A stretch of 64,000 nucleotides of DNA from Octopus vulgaris (Eukaryota), in assembly GCA_951406725.2 (NCBI GenBank), contig OX597816.1:33790001-33854000 (forward strand), in the 5' to 3' direction. A program made the translations under genes and the position numbers. The notes beneath the pieces were generated by a model. That model worked only from the letters and a program-made list of their open reading frames with translations. It ran no database searches and was not told the DNA's origin. The stretch's first letter is position 1. Every line of letters begins with the position of its first letter. This document shows positions 1 through 17,199 of this stretch, piece after piece.

Positions 1-542
1 GCGTATTCTTCCTGCCAGCTCTGCATTATTCCTTCCTTCCTTGCACCTTGTCTGTGTCTTACCTCACCACCCTAATATGGTTCTAATATATAAAGTGGGT
101 CCTACATTTTGCTAGATTATCTGGCATCACTTTACATACAGCCGGTATTTCCATATTTTCAGTTGCTTAAACTCATACACATATTATACACGTCTGTGTG
201 CGTGTATATATATATATATATATATATATAATGTATGTAAAAGCATGAATGTATGTATACGTATATATATTTATATATATATGATATAATATAATATAAA
301 TAATATATAAATATATGCATATATACATACATATATGTACATACCTACATATTTATATATACATGCATATATGGGTACAGGACAGCCCCAAAATAGTTAT
401 ATGTATATATATCGTACATTCATGATTCCATACGTATCTATATGTGGAAGAACACTAATATATGCATATATATATATATGTATGTATATATGCATGCATG
501 TATACATATATATATGTATGTATATGTGTATTTGTGTGCGTG

Positions 543-595
<53 letters not shown>

Positions 596-1370
596 GAGAT
601 ATATATATGCTTGCATTTAAGCGCACGTGTATATGTCCAGGCAACCAGCTCAGACAGCTGAATAGACATTAGCAGGCACTGCTTGCATCAGTGGGAGAAG
701 CTGCATTCACACTGGTGTAGTTTAATACGTATATATACACTCTAAGAAAAAAAAATTAAAACTCTTGCAAACTTGTAGGCAACCACACAGATATTACCGC
801 ATTCTCCTTTAAACATAGATCGCTACACACACACACACACACACACGTGCGCATATGGACACGCACATGAATACACACTACATATTAATGCACACAAGTA
901 TATTTTCGTCTCTATAGCAATTAGCAGGTATATTGCACGAACTTTGTGGCTTCATCATTTTAACGTGTTCTTGTATATATGTTTAAAGAAGAACTAGTTT
1001 ATATATTCACACTTATTTTCCACAAACATATGGTTGTATGTGCCTTTGCATATATATATATATAATACAGTATATAGTTATCTTAGAGTGTATCTGTCTA
1101 CATTTTGACTACAACTGCGACGTTTTGCCGAAAGTGACTTATCCAAATTAAGATGTTTCAACTGACATTTATCATAAGGCAGCAGTGTGGTAACCTGAGG
1201 TAATTTCGAGGTTTCAGTAAAAAATAATAAAAATGATGTAACTATGCTTACGTTGAGACATTTATTGACTCAATGTTTCTTTTTTCGGGTATTAAAAACA
1301 ATATTTTAACAAAGTGTGTGCGAGTAAATATATTTGTACATAAATACACGCATGCATAACGTGTTCCAGT

Positions 1371-1701
1371 GGAGGCGCAATGGCCCAGTGGTTAGGGCTG
1401 CAGAATCGTGGTCGGAGGATCGCGGTTTCGATTCCCAAACCGAGTGCTCTGTGTGTTTATTGAGCGAAAACACATAAAGTACGACGAGGCTCCGGCAGGA
1501 GGTAGTGGCGACTCCTGTTGTACACTTTCGTCCAAACTTTCTTTCACTCTTTCTTCCTCTTTCTTGCGTGACGCTACTATGGGCTGGCGTCCCGTTCAGC
1601 TGAAGTGTGTGTGTGTGGGGGGTACACATACGCCACTAAGCGGGGAAACCGGGCCCATGAGCCTAGCTAGGCAGGAAAAGGGCCCATAACAGAATAAATA
1701 A
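1371..1701 (+). mobile_element. tRNA-derived SINE (head shared with 40194 copy, different 3' half)
   Basis: A-box-like TGGCCCAGTGG and B-box-like GTTTCGATTCC. The first ~130 bp align with 40194-40325. Confidence 0.8.
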
Positions 1702-1786
1702 CGTATTCCGAACACGATTAGCAGCCATCGTACCTATATACACACATATATGCACATATGTGCACAGATATAACATATACATATAC

Positions 1787-1931
1787 GTGGTAAGTAGCTT
1801 GCTAACCAACCACATGGTTCCGGGTTCAGTCCCACTGCGTGGCATCTTGGGCTAGTGTCTTCTGCTATAGCCTCGGGCCGACCAAAACCTTGTGAGTGGA
1901 TTTGGTAGACGGAAACTGGAAGAAGCCTGTC

Positions 1932-1975
<44 letters not shown>

Positions 1976-2160
1976 CTGTGTTTGTCCCTCCGATGCTGGT
2001 GTGTTTACGTCCCCATCACTTAGCGGTTCGGCAAACGAGACCGATAGAATAAGTACTGGGCTTACAAAGAATAAGTCCCAGAGTCGATTTGCTCGCCTAA
2101 GGCGGTGCTCCAGCATGGCCGCAGTTAAATGACTGAAACATGTAAAAGAGTAAAAGAGTA
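1787..2160 (+). mobile_element. SINE with internal (TA)/(TG) microsatellite and CR1-like 3' tail
   Basis: The head GGTAAG..CAACCACATGGTTCCGGGTTCAGTCCCACTGCGTGG..GGAAACTG recurs at 5147-5297(-), 20272 and 51843. The tail is GGCGGTGCTCCAGCATGGCCGC followed by (TAAAAGAG)2. Confidence 0.85.
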
Positions 2161-2183
2161 TATGTATACTTGTGTGCGTCTGA

Positions 2184-2223
<40 letters not shown>

Positions 2224-2226
2224 TAT

Positions 2227-2377
2227 AGAACTGTTTCATTCAAGAGAAATCTTCTGAAGATTTCTCTTGAATGAAACAGTTCTGTCCTTAAACTCCTTCT
2301 ATATAATAAATTAATTTTACTCTGCTATGTATTGAGTACCTTATTTACTGTGGTTAACCCCGAATCAACCCGGGACC

Positions 2378-2380
<3 letters not shown>
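2227..2380 (+). mobile_element. Short Penelope-type terminal fragment with a perfect 28-bp fold-back and hammerhead-like core
   Basis: 2227-2254 is the exact reverse complement of 2256-2283. CTGAAGA at 2254, GAAAC-AG-TT-CT-GTC at 2273-2286. Flanked by (TA)n. Confidence 0.55.
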
Positions 2381-2433
<53 letters not shown>

Positions 2434-4823
2434 CAATACATACTTTGACACACACGGAATAATCATAGGTGCGGCTTAGTGGTTAAGATTTTTGGCTCAC
2501 AGCTATATTGATTATAGTTCAATAATGCTTCTTATATGTGTATTTAACTATTGTAATAGTCAAGATAATGTGAATTCAAAATAAATTGAATCACAGAACA
2601 TTCACCCGTTTTACATAATTTCATTTTAATTTAATAAGCTAACTCTAATCCACACGTTCTGTTTCACATACTGATACACATGTAAATTGCGAACACATCA
2701 GATGTGACCCAACCGTGATGTGGGGATATGGGCGTAGTTTGTAAAAAAATCAGTATCCGGTTTGCTTTTGTATAAACTTTTCAGTAAGACAAATGACACT
2801 GCAACAATTATTGATTTCTTACATTGGCACAAGACCACACGTTTGTCGGGTGGTGGTGCAGAATGGTTTAAGCTACAATTAATTAAATCATTAGAGGACT
2901 TGACGAGGGCTGTTTAATTTTATTGGCCATAAATGGTTAACTGCCAAAAGTGCTCTCATTGGGATTTGAGCTCAGAAGTTAACGGACTGTAAAATATATA
3001 ACAGAAGACATCGCATCGGACACCAGGACTTACATAAGAATTATTTCATGTTCTATGTATTACCATTGGATCTGAAACTCAGGACTCCATATATGATATG
3101 GCCAATTACGAGTACAACGTATGCAAATTGCGTATAAGTAATCATACAACCATAAATACACACGTGCTCACACTCGCACATGTATAGATCAACAATAAGG
3201 AAATCAACTAGGTAGTGTGTGTCAGCACTTATCTAAGAATAGTAGCCAAATCTTCAAATCAAAAGTTCCCGCCTTATAAAGGAAACCTTGTATTATATGA
3301 TCCTCAATTTTGAATACAGAGGCGAAAATTCGGGGAAGTTCATTGGTTGAATTCTTGCACATGAGCCTGCTGGATCAAAACTGATCTGCAGCGAAGGAAT
3401 CACAAAATAGAAATAGTAGCGAACTACTCCTCTAATCATAAGCCAACGCTTTAGATTAAGCACCATGCGTACTTATATATACATTCACACTGAAAAATAT
3501 ATTGCATATAACCAGTTAACACAAAGCACCCGTAGGCATGTAGCAAACTCACAGATATATTCAGACACTACTTTACGCAGTCGTATATGTTTATAGAAAT
3601 TATACTGTCGTATACATATACGCATCCATATACATCCATATACACGCACAAAGGCATACATCCACGAATATATTTTCAAACACATATACGCAAACGCTCG
3701 AAAACATTGCAAGTACCTTTGGCTTTACTGGCTTACAAGAGCATTTCCTAAATAGGTGTATTGTCGTTGTACTTCCTGTTACACACACTCACTCACACTT
3801 ATACATTCATGTTAAAAATGCCCATTTCAAGGTTAGTACTCAATATATGTACAAGTGTATATTTATTTACATACAGTCGATCTTTCACTTTTATGATTTG
3901 GCTGATGTTGGGGAAAAAAAAACTTGAAATATGCTCACAGCTGTCATTTTGCTTGCTAAAAATATTTTCTAGAGTTTTTCTATTTTCTTTTTCTACTTCG
4001 AATTTTAGTGAAATATGAAAACTGAGACAACGATTATATTTCAGTTCTTAATTGAAACTATTTTACATTGAATTCTGGTGCAAATGTTTTTTTCACATAC
4101 ATTTGTCCACCGTCTCGATAAATAGTAATCTTACCGTCTATAAGAAGCTACTTCAATTCAAACACACTATAGTTATTTATGGCAAAATCATGCGCATCCC
4201 TCAGTATCATTGCCTATTTTAAACTATTTTCAGTAGTAGAACACTTACGATTAATTATACTTCATATTGGGTAAAACTTACGTCACATGAATCTGCCTTT
4301 ACCATGCTTTCTAGAGAATTCTATTACCGTTGTCGGAGGTATAGTGTAATGTGAGGTGCAGCGGGAATCTACTTCCAAGAAGTCTAATAATTCCGTAGAG
4401 TATTTCTTATTCCTTTACTGCCCACAAGGGGCTACACACAGAGGGGACAAACAAGGAAAGATAAACGGATTAAATCGATTATAACAACTCCAGTGCGTAA
4501 CTGGTACTTATTTAAATTAGCAAGTAAAATCCAGGCTACATATCTTTCTTAACTAGCAGAAGGTCAAAATCAATAATTATTCAACAAGGAGTACTCCACT
4601 AGCCAGTCATCAGGCCGAAAACACCTTTGATAAATGAAGGTTATATAAATATAAAATAACGTTTTTATTACCTTATCGATCTTCGATATGCAAACAAGCT
4701 CTAATTGTCTCCGCCAAAGAACTACGAACATTCCTGGAAGTTATTTATTTTATACCTTCTACTAACTACCTGAATCTTATTAACTTTCTACACCTTGATC
4801 CTGGGATCTTATAATTACATATC

Positions 4824-4865
<42 letters not shown>

Positions 4866-4868
<3 letters not shown>

Positions 4869-5069
4869 AATCCAAACATGAAAACACAAAGAGAAAACAC
4901 AACAACGCGAGGTCGTGGAACAAGTATAGTGTTATTGGACGCTCGACAAAGGAAAGAAAAAGGAGGATGATTTAACATATCAAACGGAGCTCTTCGTCAG
5001 AAACATAGGAAAAGGAAAGGTCCAAGGAAGGGATGACGGAAGAAAAAATCGCCAACGATACACACATGA

Positions 5070-5070
<1 letters not shown>
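4866..5070 (-). mobile_element. Family A hammerhead-bearing short element (degenerate core)
   Basis: Minus strand reads GTTT-CTGACGA-AGAGCTCCGTTT-GATAT-GTT-AAAT. Homologous to 39083-39290. The 3' end abuts (TA)n. Confidence 0.65.
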
Positions 5071-5133
<63 letters not shown>

Positions 5134-5146
5134 GTATATATATATA

Positions 5147-5297
5147 CGACGGGCTTCTTTCAGTTTCTGTCTGCCAATCCACTCACAAGACTTTGGTTGG
5201 TCTGAAGCAATAGAAGACACTTGCCTAAGTTTCAACGCAGTGGGACTGATCCCAGAACAGTGTGGCTGTGAAGCAAGCTTCTTATTACACAGCCATG
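5147..5297 (-). mobile_element. SINE head (same family as 1787)
   Basis: Diverged reverse complement of 1787-1932. Confidence 0.8.
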
Positions 5298-5741
5298 TGT
5301 GAGTGCGTGCATTTGTGTGGTTTATACTTTATTTCTTTAAGTCACTGGAATGCGGTCAGGAAACAGCATCAACTTTTCGATCACATTGATCGCGGCACAA
5401 ATATATTCAGTTTGGTATTTACGGAAATTATATCAACGCTCTTTTTAACTAACTGTAAAATGAATGAGAATCAAAGAAAAGAATTCCGTGTATCAATGAG
5501 AATTGAGGAGTGTAGTATAAACTATAATAATTAAAATAACGAAAGAGCCATACGCACATACATACAACCGTTCATACCAATTGCATGTGCCCGTAAGGCA
5601 ATGGGCACTTCGGTGCCATAGTAGATGATACATGTCCTAGAAGTCATATTGCGGAATTGAGCTCAGAACACGCAGCTGCCAATTAGGATTAAATGCACAG
5701 CAATTACAGCAGATGCACATCCATGTACGTGTGTTTCGATA

Positions 5742-6477
5742 TATATAATTATAATAATAAGGGTTTTTTGCAACAAGTTGCTTAAACCACATACTGAAAA
5801 AATTAGAAATAGCAGCCAAAAAAACTACTATTCCTTTTACTACAAAAATAAGTCTCCACAGACAAAAATATTTGTAACTCACATATGGCAAAAGAAAGAA
5901 AAACAGCGAAATCACACAGTCCTCGGATTATTTATGGACATACGTTTCTGGATTAGAATCGTAAGGTTCATTTCCTTATCAACATAATATTTCCCATAAT
6001 TCTACAAATACTAGGCAGTACTATTTTTGTGACTCACGTGGTAGAATTCTGGAGGGAGATACGAATTCACTTGGCTATATAAATGTGGATATGCTGGTTG
6101 ACTTTTGTATCTTTCGTTGTCGCTTGGTCGAAAATATAAAAGGTATGTTTTCCTAGCATTTCTAGATTTATGGGAAATATGTTGATAAGGAAATGAAATT
6201 TACGATTCTAATCCAGAAACGTATGTCCATAATTAATCCGAGGACTGTGTGATTTCGCTGTTTTTCTTCTTTCTTTTGCCATATGTGAGTTACAAATATT
6301 GTTGTCTGTAGAGACTTATTTTTGTAGTAAAAGGAATAGTAGTTTTTTGGCTGCTATTTCTAATATTTTCGGTATGTGGTTTAAGCAACTTATTGCAAAA
6401 AACACTTATTATTATAATTATATAAATTTTTACCGAATAAGGTCCTTTTCTGTACCGAAATACTACTAGGTGAAATT

Positions 6478-6478
<1 letters not shown>
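5742..6478. repeat. ~270-bp inverted repeat made of two head-to-head family B elements with degenerate hammerhead
   Basis: 5742-6016 is the reverse complement of 6152-6424 with few mismatches. ATG-TTGATAA-GGA..TCCA-GAAAC-GTAT-GTC-CAT at 6179-6230. Shares CATAC(T/C)GAA..TTAGAAATAGCAGC and the ..GGTGAAATT end with the 560-bp unit. Confidence 0.8.
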
Positions 6479-6556
<78 letters not shown>

Positions 6557-7294
6557 GTGTGTGTGTGCATGCATCAGTGTGTGCGTGTGTATGTGTAAGA
6601 GAGTACGCAGCGAAGAACTGGTCGTGAGGTAAGCGAGAAAAATATTTCTTTAAGCACTTGTACGTAAGAATACACCTGTCTCGCAACCTTCATAAAATGT
6701 TAATTTCAGAGGTTAGTAGACTGTTTTACCTGACTGCTCCAATATGCATGTTACGCACTGCACAGTGTAGTTGTATAATTACAAATCAATGCAGGTGTAC
6801 CAGGTTAGGCCTTCAGATCACCAGAAAATCATGGTTACATCAATGCTCCATCACATCAAGTGTAGACATATTCGTGTAACATTACTGCTTGGGAGATCTG
6901 CATTAATTTGTAAACATACAATTTAACTGAGCATTATGTAGCATGCATAGTCGTGTAAGCATGCAAAATTATTTTACACTACTCTAAAGATATAATACAA
7001 TTATGGCTGCAAAAGAGCCTAGATAAGTTGTTATATATATATTCACCTACCATATCTCCTGAAATTGAAGGTTTGCATATATATTTTGCAAAAGAAAAAA
7101 GAACATCAATTGCATCTCTTGGATTTCAGTTACAGAAACCTCTACATTATACGCCCTTCTAATTGGAGCGCCATGTGGTGTGATAGCCGGCACCATTACA
7201 ACGGCATTCAGTGATTATGGAATGATACAATGAAGACATATATTGCATTAATATATATATAAATATATATATGTGAGTGTGTGTGTGTTTGTGA

Positions 7295-7361
<67 letters not shown>

Positions 7362-8139
7362 CAGAGAAAGAGAGAGGGAGTAATTCCTCGCCATATCGCA
7401 GCTCACTTGCCACGGTTTATAATTTAAGCTTACGCCGAATCTTCACTCTTGTGGTTTTGTATTTATGATAGAATGAATATATATAGAAAAAAAAGCGGGT
7501 TCTACGGGGCGGAATTTCACCTACCGAAGGGATATTTGGGAACGTAACACCCGCGATATACATACATTGAAAGAGAGAGAGAGAGAGAGGGAGAGGGAAA
7601 GAGAGAGACGGGGAGAGAGTGTGAGTAAATGAGAGACAGTTGATGTGAGAGTAATCTTTGCACATTCTCAAATAGGTTGTGTATTCTGCAAAGATAATTT
7701 ATGGACAACGTGTACGCATACATATATCCATACACACACACACACAAGTCTCAAACATTTCCGAAAAGGAACTTAGAAAGATATTTATCACATTCAAAAT
7801 ACACCAACATCAATGTCGGTAATTAGCGAGGCAATTATGCCATGTGCATTTAGTACTTCTGTTTATAAACAGGGAAACAGAATTGATAGTGAAAGCTGCA
7901 ACATGTTCACCACATGTATATATAAATAAGCTTTCAAACCATACACAGTAGAATAAAATGAAAGAATACAAGGAAAATGCATAATATAATCACAGATCTA
8001 ACTAATACGTACAAATTACAATACAAAGTGTCTACGAAAGAGATGCAAAAGCAAAAACATTAAATCAGACACACATACAAAAATACACATATGTATAGCA
8101 TGCAATTAAATACGAAACCGCACAGATGACTACTCTCTT

Positions 8140-11270
<3,131 letters not shown>

Positions 11271-11281
11271 TATTCAGATGT

Positions 11282-11585
11282 TAGGGAGTCGTGAGGTTGT
11301 GAGTTCGAATCCCGGACCGGGTTATATCCTGTTCTTGACGAAAGCATTTTATTTCACGTTGCTCCAGTTTTCACTCTGCTCTAGAAATGAGTTGAGACGT
11401 CACAGGTGCCAAGCTGTATCGGCCTTTCCCTTTCTCTTTGATAAAACTGGTGGCGTGGAGAGGGGAGGCTGGTATGCATAGGTGACTGCTGGTCTTCCAT
11501 AAACAACATTGCCCGGACTTGCACCTGCGAGGTTAACTGCCTAGGTGTAATCCTATGGTCAGTCATGCCCGAAGGGTATCTCAGC
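11282..11585 (+). mobile_element. 5'-truncated tRNA-derived SINE (distinct family)
   Basis: B-box GTTCGAATCC near 11302 followed by a GC-balanced body, between microsatellites. Confidence 0.6.
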
Positions 11586-11704
11586 TCTGCATTCATGTAT
11601 ATACATATATGTTAAATATACATACATATACACATGCATATATTAATATTCATGTATATACATATATAGATATATACTTATATATTCATATATGTACACA
11701 TATA

Positions 11705-12518
11705 TAGGGGTTGGACGAAATAAGGGAAATCCGTATCATCATATCAATTATAATTTTGAATTCTTGTTAGTTTTCCTTATTATGTTATCTGAACTTTGCT
11801 GTCTCTTTTCAGATTTCATGATAAAATGTTAAATGAAGTTCATTAAAACAACAGATCTATCGGCCTTTCAAAGACGTCAAGTTGTTGGTGCAAGTATGGC
11901 AGGTGCTAGCGTAATGAAAACAAAAGTATCGTATGAGGTATCACGACATAGTGTCTCGAAAGTAATGACGGCCCTTGAGAAAGAGGGAAACATCTACTCA
12001 TCGAAACAAATCTCCGGACGATAACCATCATTTTCAGATAGGGAACGTTGGATTCTTACGCTAATTTTTAGAGAGCACAACAATAGAACTTTTCCTACAT
12101 TACAGCTGAGATTCATGACAACTTCGAGAATCGAGTTTCCATAATAACTGATCGGTGAGAGCTGCACGAAGCCAGATTAAGAGGGAGGGCTGCAATCAGA
12201 AAAAAAACTACATTGAAAAACGAACTTTGCAAAGCGTTTAGAATGGAGTGAAAACTAGCACAATTGGTCCTTAGAGCAGTGGAAGAATGTTATTTTCTCG
12301 GACAGGTCACACTTTACATTATTTTCCAAAATAAGCTGAGTATACGTTTGGACACAGGGAAAAGAAGACTTTTACCAGACTGTCTTCCTCCAAATGTGAA
12401 ACATGGAGGAGGATCTGTGATAATCTAGGGATCAATATTCTGGAAATACTGTGATCCAATGGATTCACTTACTGGCAGAATTAATGGGCAAAAGTATGGG
12501 CAAACCTATCTTTCCTGA
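11705..12518 (+). mobile_element. Tc1-like transposon fossil, 3'-truncated
   Basis: Terminus AGGGGTTGGAC after TA. Translation DLSAFQRRQVVGASMAGASV..VSKVMTA..SGR, EQWKNVIFSD (first catalytic Asp) and VKHGGGSV. Contains stops and frameshifts. Confidence 0.85.
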
Positions 12519-12551
<33 letters not shown>

Positions 12552-12615
12552 CATATGTATACATAAACATTTGTACATACAAAACTGCACATATATGTAC
12601 GAGCATATAGAGATA

Positions 12616-12679
<64 letters not shown>

Positions 12680-12739
12680 CACACATCTATATATTTATAA
12701 TGTTTTATAAATATATACATAATAGTATATATGTATATA

Positions 12740-12900
12740 CAGAACAGACGAAGACAGGTGTGTAAAAAATACACACATATATTAGTTAAAGGCTCGGGAG
12801 TTAGAAAGTCTTTGACGTTTCGAGCCTACGCTCTTCGACAGAAAGCAAACCGAGAATAAACAGGGAGGGAGAATATATAATCATATATAGTCAGATTTAA
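12740..12900 (-). mobile_element. Family A hammerhead-bearing short element
   Basis: Homologous to 39360-39560 and 52012-52250. Confidence 0.7.
12810..12845 (-). ncRNA. Minimal type I hammerhead-like motif with CUGUCGA core variant
   Basis: CTTT-CTGTCGA-A-GAGC(GTAG)GCTC-GAAAC-GTC-AAAG. Stems I and II pair perfectly. Helix III is reduced to the palindrome ACGU. Confidence 0.6.
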
Positions 12901-13069
12901 TACAGAAATATATATATATAGATATGTAAATTTACATACGTATATATATAAACGTATATAAAAGCAAAGTGTTCCATATAAATATATGCTTGGATTTATA
13001 TATATACATATGTATGTATATGTATATACATGAGTAGATATATGTATATACAGGTATACATACATATGT

Positions 13070-13460
13070 ATATGAAGATATAAATATATATATATATACA
13101 AACATACATATATATATATATATGAAGATATAAATATATATATATACAAACATACATATATATATATATATATGAAGATATAAATATATATATATATACA
13201 AACATACATATATATATATATGAAGATATAAATATATATATATATACAAACATACATATATATATATATATATATATATGAAGATATAAATATATATATA
13301 TATACAAACATACATATATATATATATATGAAGATATAAATATATATATATATATATACAAACATGCATATATATATATGAAGATATAAATATATATATA
13401 TACAAATATACATATATATATATGAAGATATAAATATATATATATACAAATATACATATA
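13070..13460. repeat. ~50-bp minisatellite built from TA runs (8 copies)
   Basis: GAAGATATAAA(TA)nCAAA(C/T)ATACA(TA)n repeated 8 times. Confidence 0.9.
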
Positions 13461-13529
13461 TATATATTCATATAAACAAATACGTATATATAAACATATA
13501 TGCTCATATAGGTATATAGGTACATATAA

Positions 13530-13536
13530 ACATATG

Positions 13537-13579
<43 letters not shown>

Positions 13580-13734
13580 CACATAGAAACATATACTTAC
13601 ATATAGATATCTATATAAATATAGGTATACTTATAAATATTTGCATAAATAAATATGCATATATATTTTCACGCTATATAAAAACATATATATATATATA
13701 CATATATACATACATGTATATACATACACATACA

Positions 13735-13765
<31 letters not shown>

Positions 13766-13871
13766 GTATACATATACATATACATATACATATATATATA
13801 CATATACATATATATATACGTATACATATACATATATATACGTATACATATATATATAAATATATATACGT

Positions 13872-13920
<49 letters not shown>

Positions 13921-13949
13921 CATATATATATATACATATACATATACAC

Positions 13950-13980
<31 letters not shown>

Positions 13981-14246
13981 CATATATATACACATATATA
14001 TACACATATATATACATATATATATATATACATACGTATATATACATACATATATATACACATAAACATACATATATACATATATACATATATACATACA
14101 TATTCATATACATAGATATACATGCATATATACATGCACATACATGTATATATATACATACATATATATATATATATATAGATATATATATACATACAAA
14201 TATATAAATACATACACTTGCATATATATATATATACATATATGCC

Positions 14247-14281
<35 letters not shown>

Positions 14282-14610
14282 TCAGAAATATATATAGCTC
14301 TATTCTTATATATATATACGTATATTAATACGTATATATATACATATATATATATATATATACTTACACATATATATACATATAGCTATATTTATATATA
14401 CCCACATATGTACATATGTATTTATATATACCCATATATATACTTATATATATATATATATATATAACTATATATATACTTATATCGATATGTTTTTATA
14501 CATATATATTTTTATGTGCATCTATATATGTTTGTACACACACACACACATATATATATATTTTCATATATATATATATATTTATATATATATATAAATG
14601 CATATATATC
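13530..14610. repeat. Compound TA/TACA microsatellite field
   Basis: Directly visible. Confidence 0.95.
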
Positions 14611-14619
14611 TCGTCTCAA

Positions 14620-15680
14620 ATATAACTTTTGAATCGAGATTAACACTATCGCCAAGGCGAAAAAAATGTTTTTTAATGACAGTAGCGTTAAAACCTGTCT
14701 TCTGTTAGCGATGAAGCCGTTGAATGCATGTTCAACAGTGTCTTTGCTTTTGAAGTATTTCTCACGCAGGAAATTGCCTTGTTGCTCAATATGTCATATT
14801 CTCTGGGCAAGTGCTCCGTTGAGCATAGCGAATGAAGCAGAGTTCGTAGCCGAAATCGTTAAATTCTTTCAGGGTCATTTTTACAGCATGCATCCCAATT
14901 TTGACGTGGAAAAGTATTGGGCCTTTCTATTGACCAATGCTGGATGTTGTTGTCAGAGTTTCATATACATTTCATCAATTTACTGACAGTACTTCTCCGC
15001 TGTAATATTTTCGCTTGGACCGAAAAGCTGTGATGGATGGGACCTGCCATTGACCATCAAACAGTTACCATGACTTTATTTTTGGTGCAAATTTTGCTAT
15101 GGGATGCGCCGTTGATCTTCGTCGGCGTCCAACCACTGAGTTGAATGTCGCCGGATGTCGTAAATAATCCACTTTTAGTCGTATGTTACAATCCAGTCGA
15201 CACACGTGTCGTTATTTTTGAGTAAAAGATGGGAAGACGATACTTCAAAACGGCGTTGTTTTGGTTGTCGTTCATTTCGTGTGACAATCGTTTCTCAAGT
15301 ATTTTTGTTTTTCCAATCTCTTTCAAAGAGTTGGTAATTGTCGTTCACGTTACGTCTAATTCAGAAGCAAGCTCTCTAACAGTTGTGAGCGGATTGGCTA
15401 CGGTCAAGGCTCTTAGTTTATCGCTGTGAACATCTGATGGCCAATCACTACGCTTATCATCTGCAAGACTCTAGTTACCGCTAGGAAATTTCTTGATTCA
15501 AAATTGGGCTCTACGATCATTAGTGGTTCCTAGACCAAACGCATTGTTGATATCGTGAGCTTCTACATCATATTTTTGGCTTAGCTTGAACTGGAAAATG
15601 AAAATTGTGCAAATTTGCTTTTTGTTCATGTTGAATCCAACAACATTTCGAAAAAATATTTGGTCAAATTATTCAAAAAG
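14620..15680 (-). mobile_element. Mariner transposase pseudogene, Hsmar1/cecropia-like
   Basis: From 15629(-): MNKKQICTIFIFQFKL..DINNAFGLGTTNDR..NPLTTVRELASEL; DWIVTYD*KWIIYD; NLHQK..VMVTV*WS. These match my recollection of Hsmar1-type transposase motifs. Many stops. Confidence 0.85.
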
Positions 15681-15684
15681 TAAA

Positions 15685-16600
15685 AAGAGAATTTTATTTC
15701 TTTCAGTCTTTCCCAGTAGCTGACATGTTGCATCGAGTGGATTTTCTCAATGTAGCTGTGTTCGATTGCTTCGAATTCCACCGTAGAATTTTATTGTGTG
15801 GTGACCATATTTGGGAGCAATAGTCTAAGCGAGTGAGAACGTATGTCCTCCAAAGGATCATCAATGTTTCATTTTCTCTTGGTTCGAAAGTTTGGAGGAT
15901 CCACCCAGCCAGCCAGTACTCTGCATCTTATATACAAAATTGGTAATATGCACTTGGAAAAATGGATAATTGCTCATGTTAATGCCCAGGTCACGCATTG
16001 ATTTTGATTCAGGAATTTCAATTCATGCTGGGCCAATGTATCCTGTCTGCAAGTCGTTTAGCTTTATGTGTTGGTAACGTCAGGCCTGGAATTTCCTTGC
16101 ATTAAACAGCATGTTGTTATCTTCAGCCCACCTATAAATTGCGTCCAACTCTCGTTGCATACGTGAAATATTTCCAGGATTTTATATTGCCTGAGAGACT
16201 AGCTAGCAAGGATACCTATCTGAGCAACCGAGGGCAAGTGTGAGAGGACCACTATGAACAGTAGTGGCCCCAGGATAGTGCCCTGTGGAACACCACTTGT
16301 TGTTTGTGTTTCCTTGGAGGTGGCTCCATTGGTCACTACTGCTTTACCCCTATCCTATAGAAAGTTGTGTAGCCATTCTCCAAGATGCAAAGAAGCTCTG
16401 GAAGAGAAGCTGCAGCAGCTTTTTAAAAGCTCGTTTGCATGATTTGAATAGGACCGCTGGAACCCCAACCGGGCCAGCCACTGATTTTGTATCAGCCTCA
16501 TCTATGACCAGCATTACATCTTCTTCAATGTTTCTGCATTCACCTCCTGTGAGGGAGCCATCTTTTCGGAAGAGGGGTCTAGTGGCGTATTGAGGCTTTT
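15685..16600 (-). mobile_element. Old, internally deleted CR1-clade LINE (same family as 47081-48911)
   Basis: [54 protein letters not shown] and VSYWERLK are collinear with the younger copy, with large blocks missing. Confidence 0.85.
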
Positions 16601-16635
16601 TGTTGTATACATACATGTGTGTGTATGTATGTATG

Positions 16636-16674
<39 letters not shown>

Positions 16675-16675
16675 A

Positions 16676-16738
<63 letters not shown>

Positions 16739-17199
16739 ACATATATATACTCATACATATATATAAATACACGTATATATTTATATATAAGTATATATAT
16801 ATACATATATATATAAATATATATATATATATAGAGAGAGAGAGATGTATACGTATATATATACATATATATGTATAAGTATATACATATATATATGTGT
16901 ATCTGTGTGTGTGTGTGTGTGTGTATGTGTGTGTGTGTGTGTGTTTGTGTGTGCTTGTGTCTGTTCTTTTGTGTGTTTATCCACCCTCGTTGGCAGACCC
17001 GTCTGTATGGTACAGAATCTTGCTTTCAAACTACACATTTTTTGGTTCCACAACTACTCCGTTCTACCTGGTATCGAATATGTTTTGATAGACTGACATC
17101 TGAATGTGCATCTGTTTTTTATGGGGGCGGTGTATGTGTGTGTGCGGGCACGCATTTTTGGCGCTCTGTGTCTGCTACTCCCTACTCTCGCCAATCATT

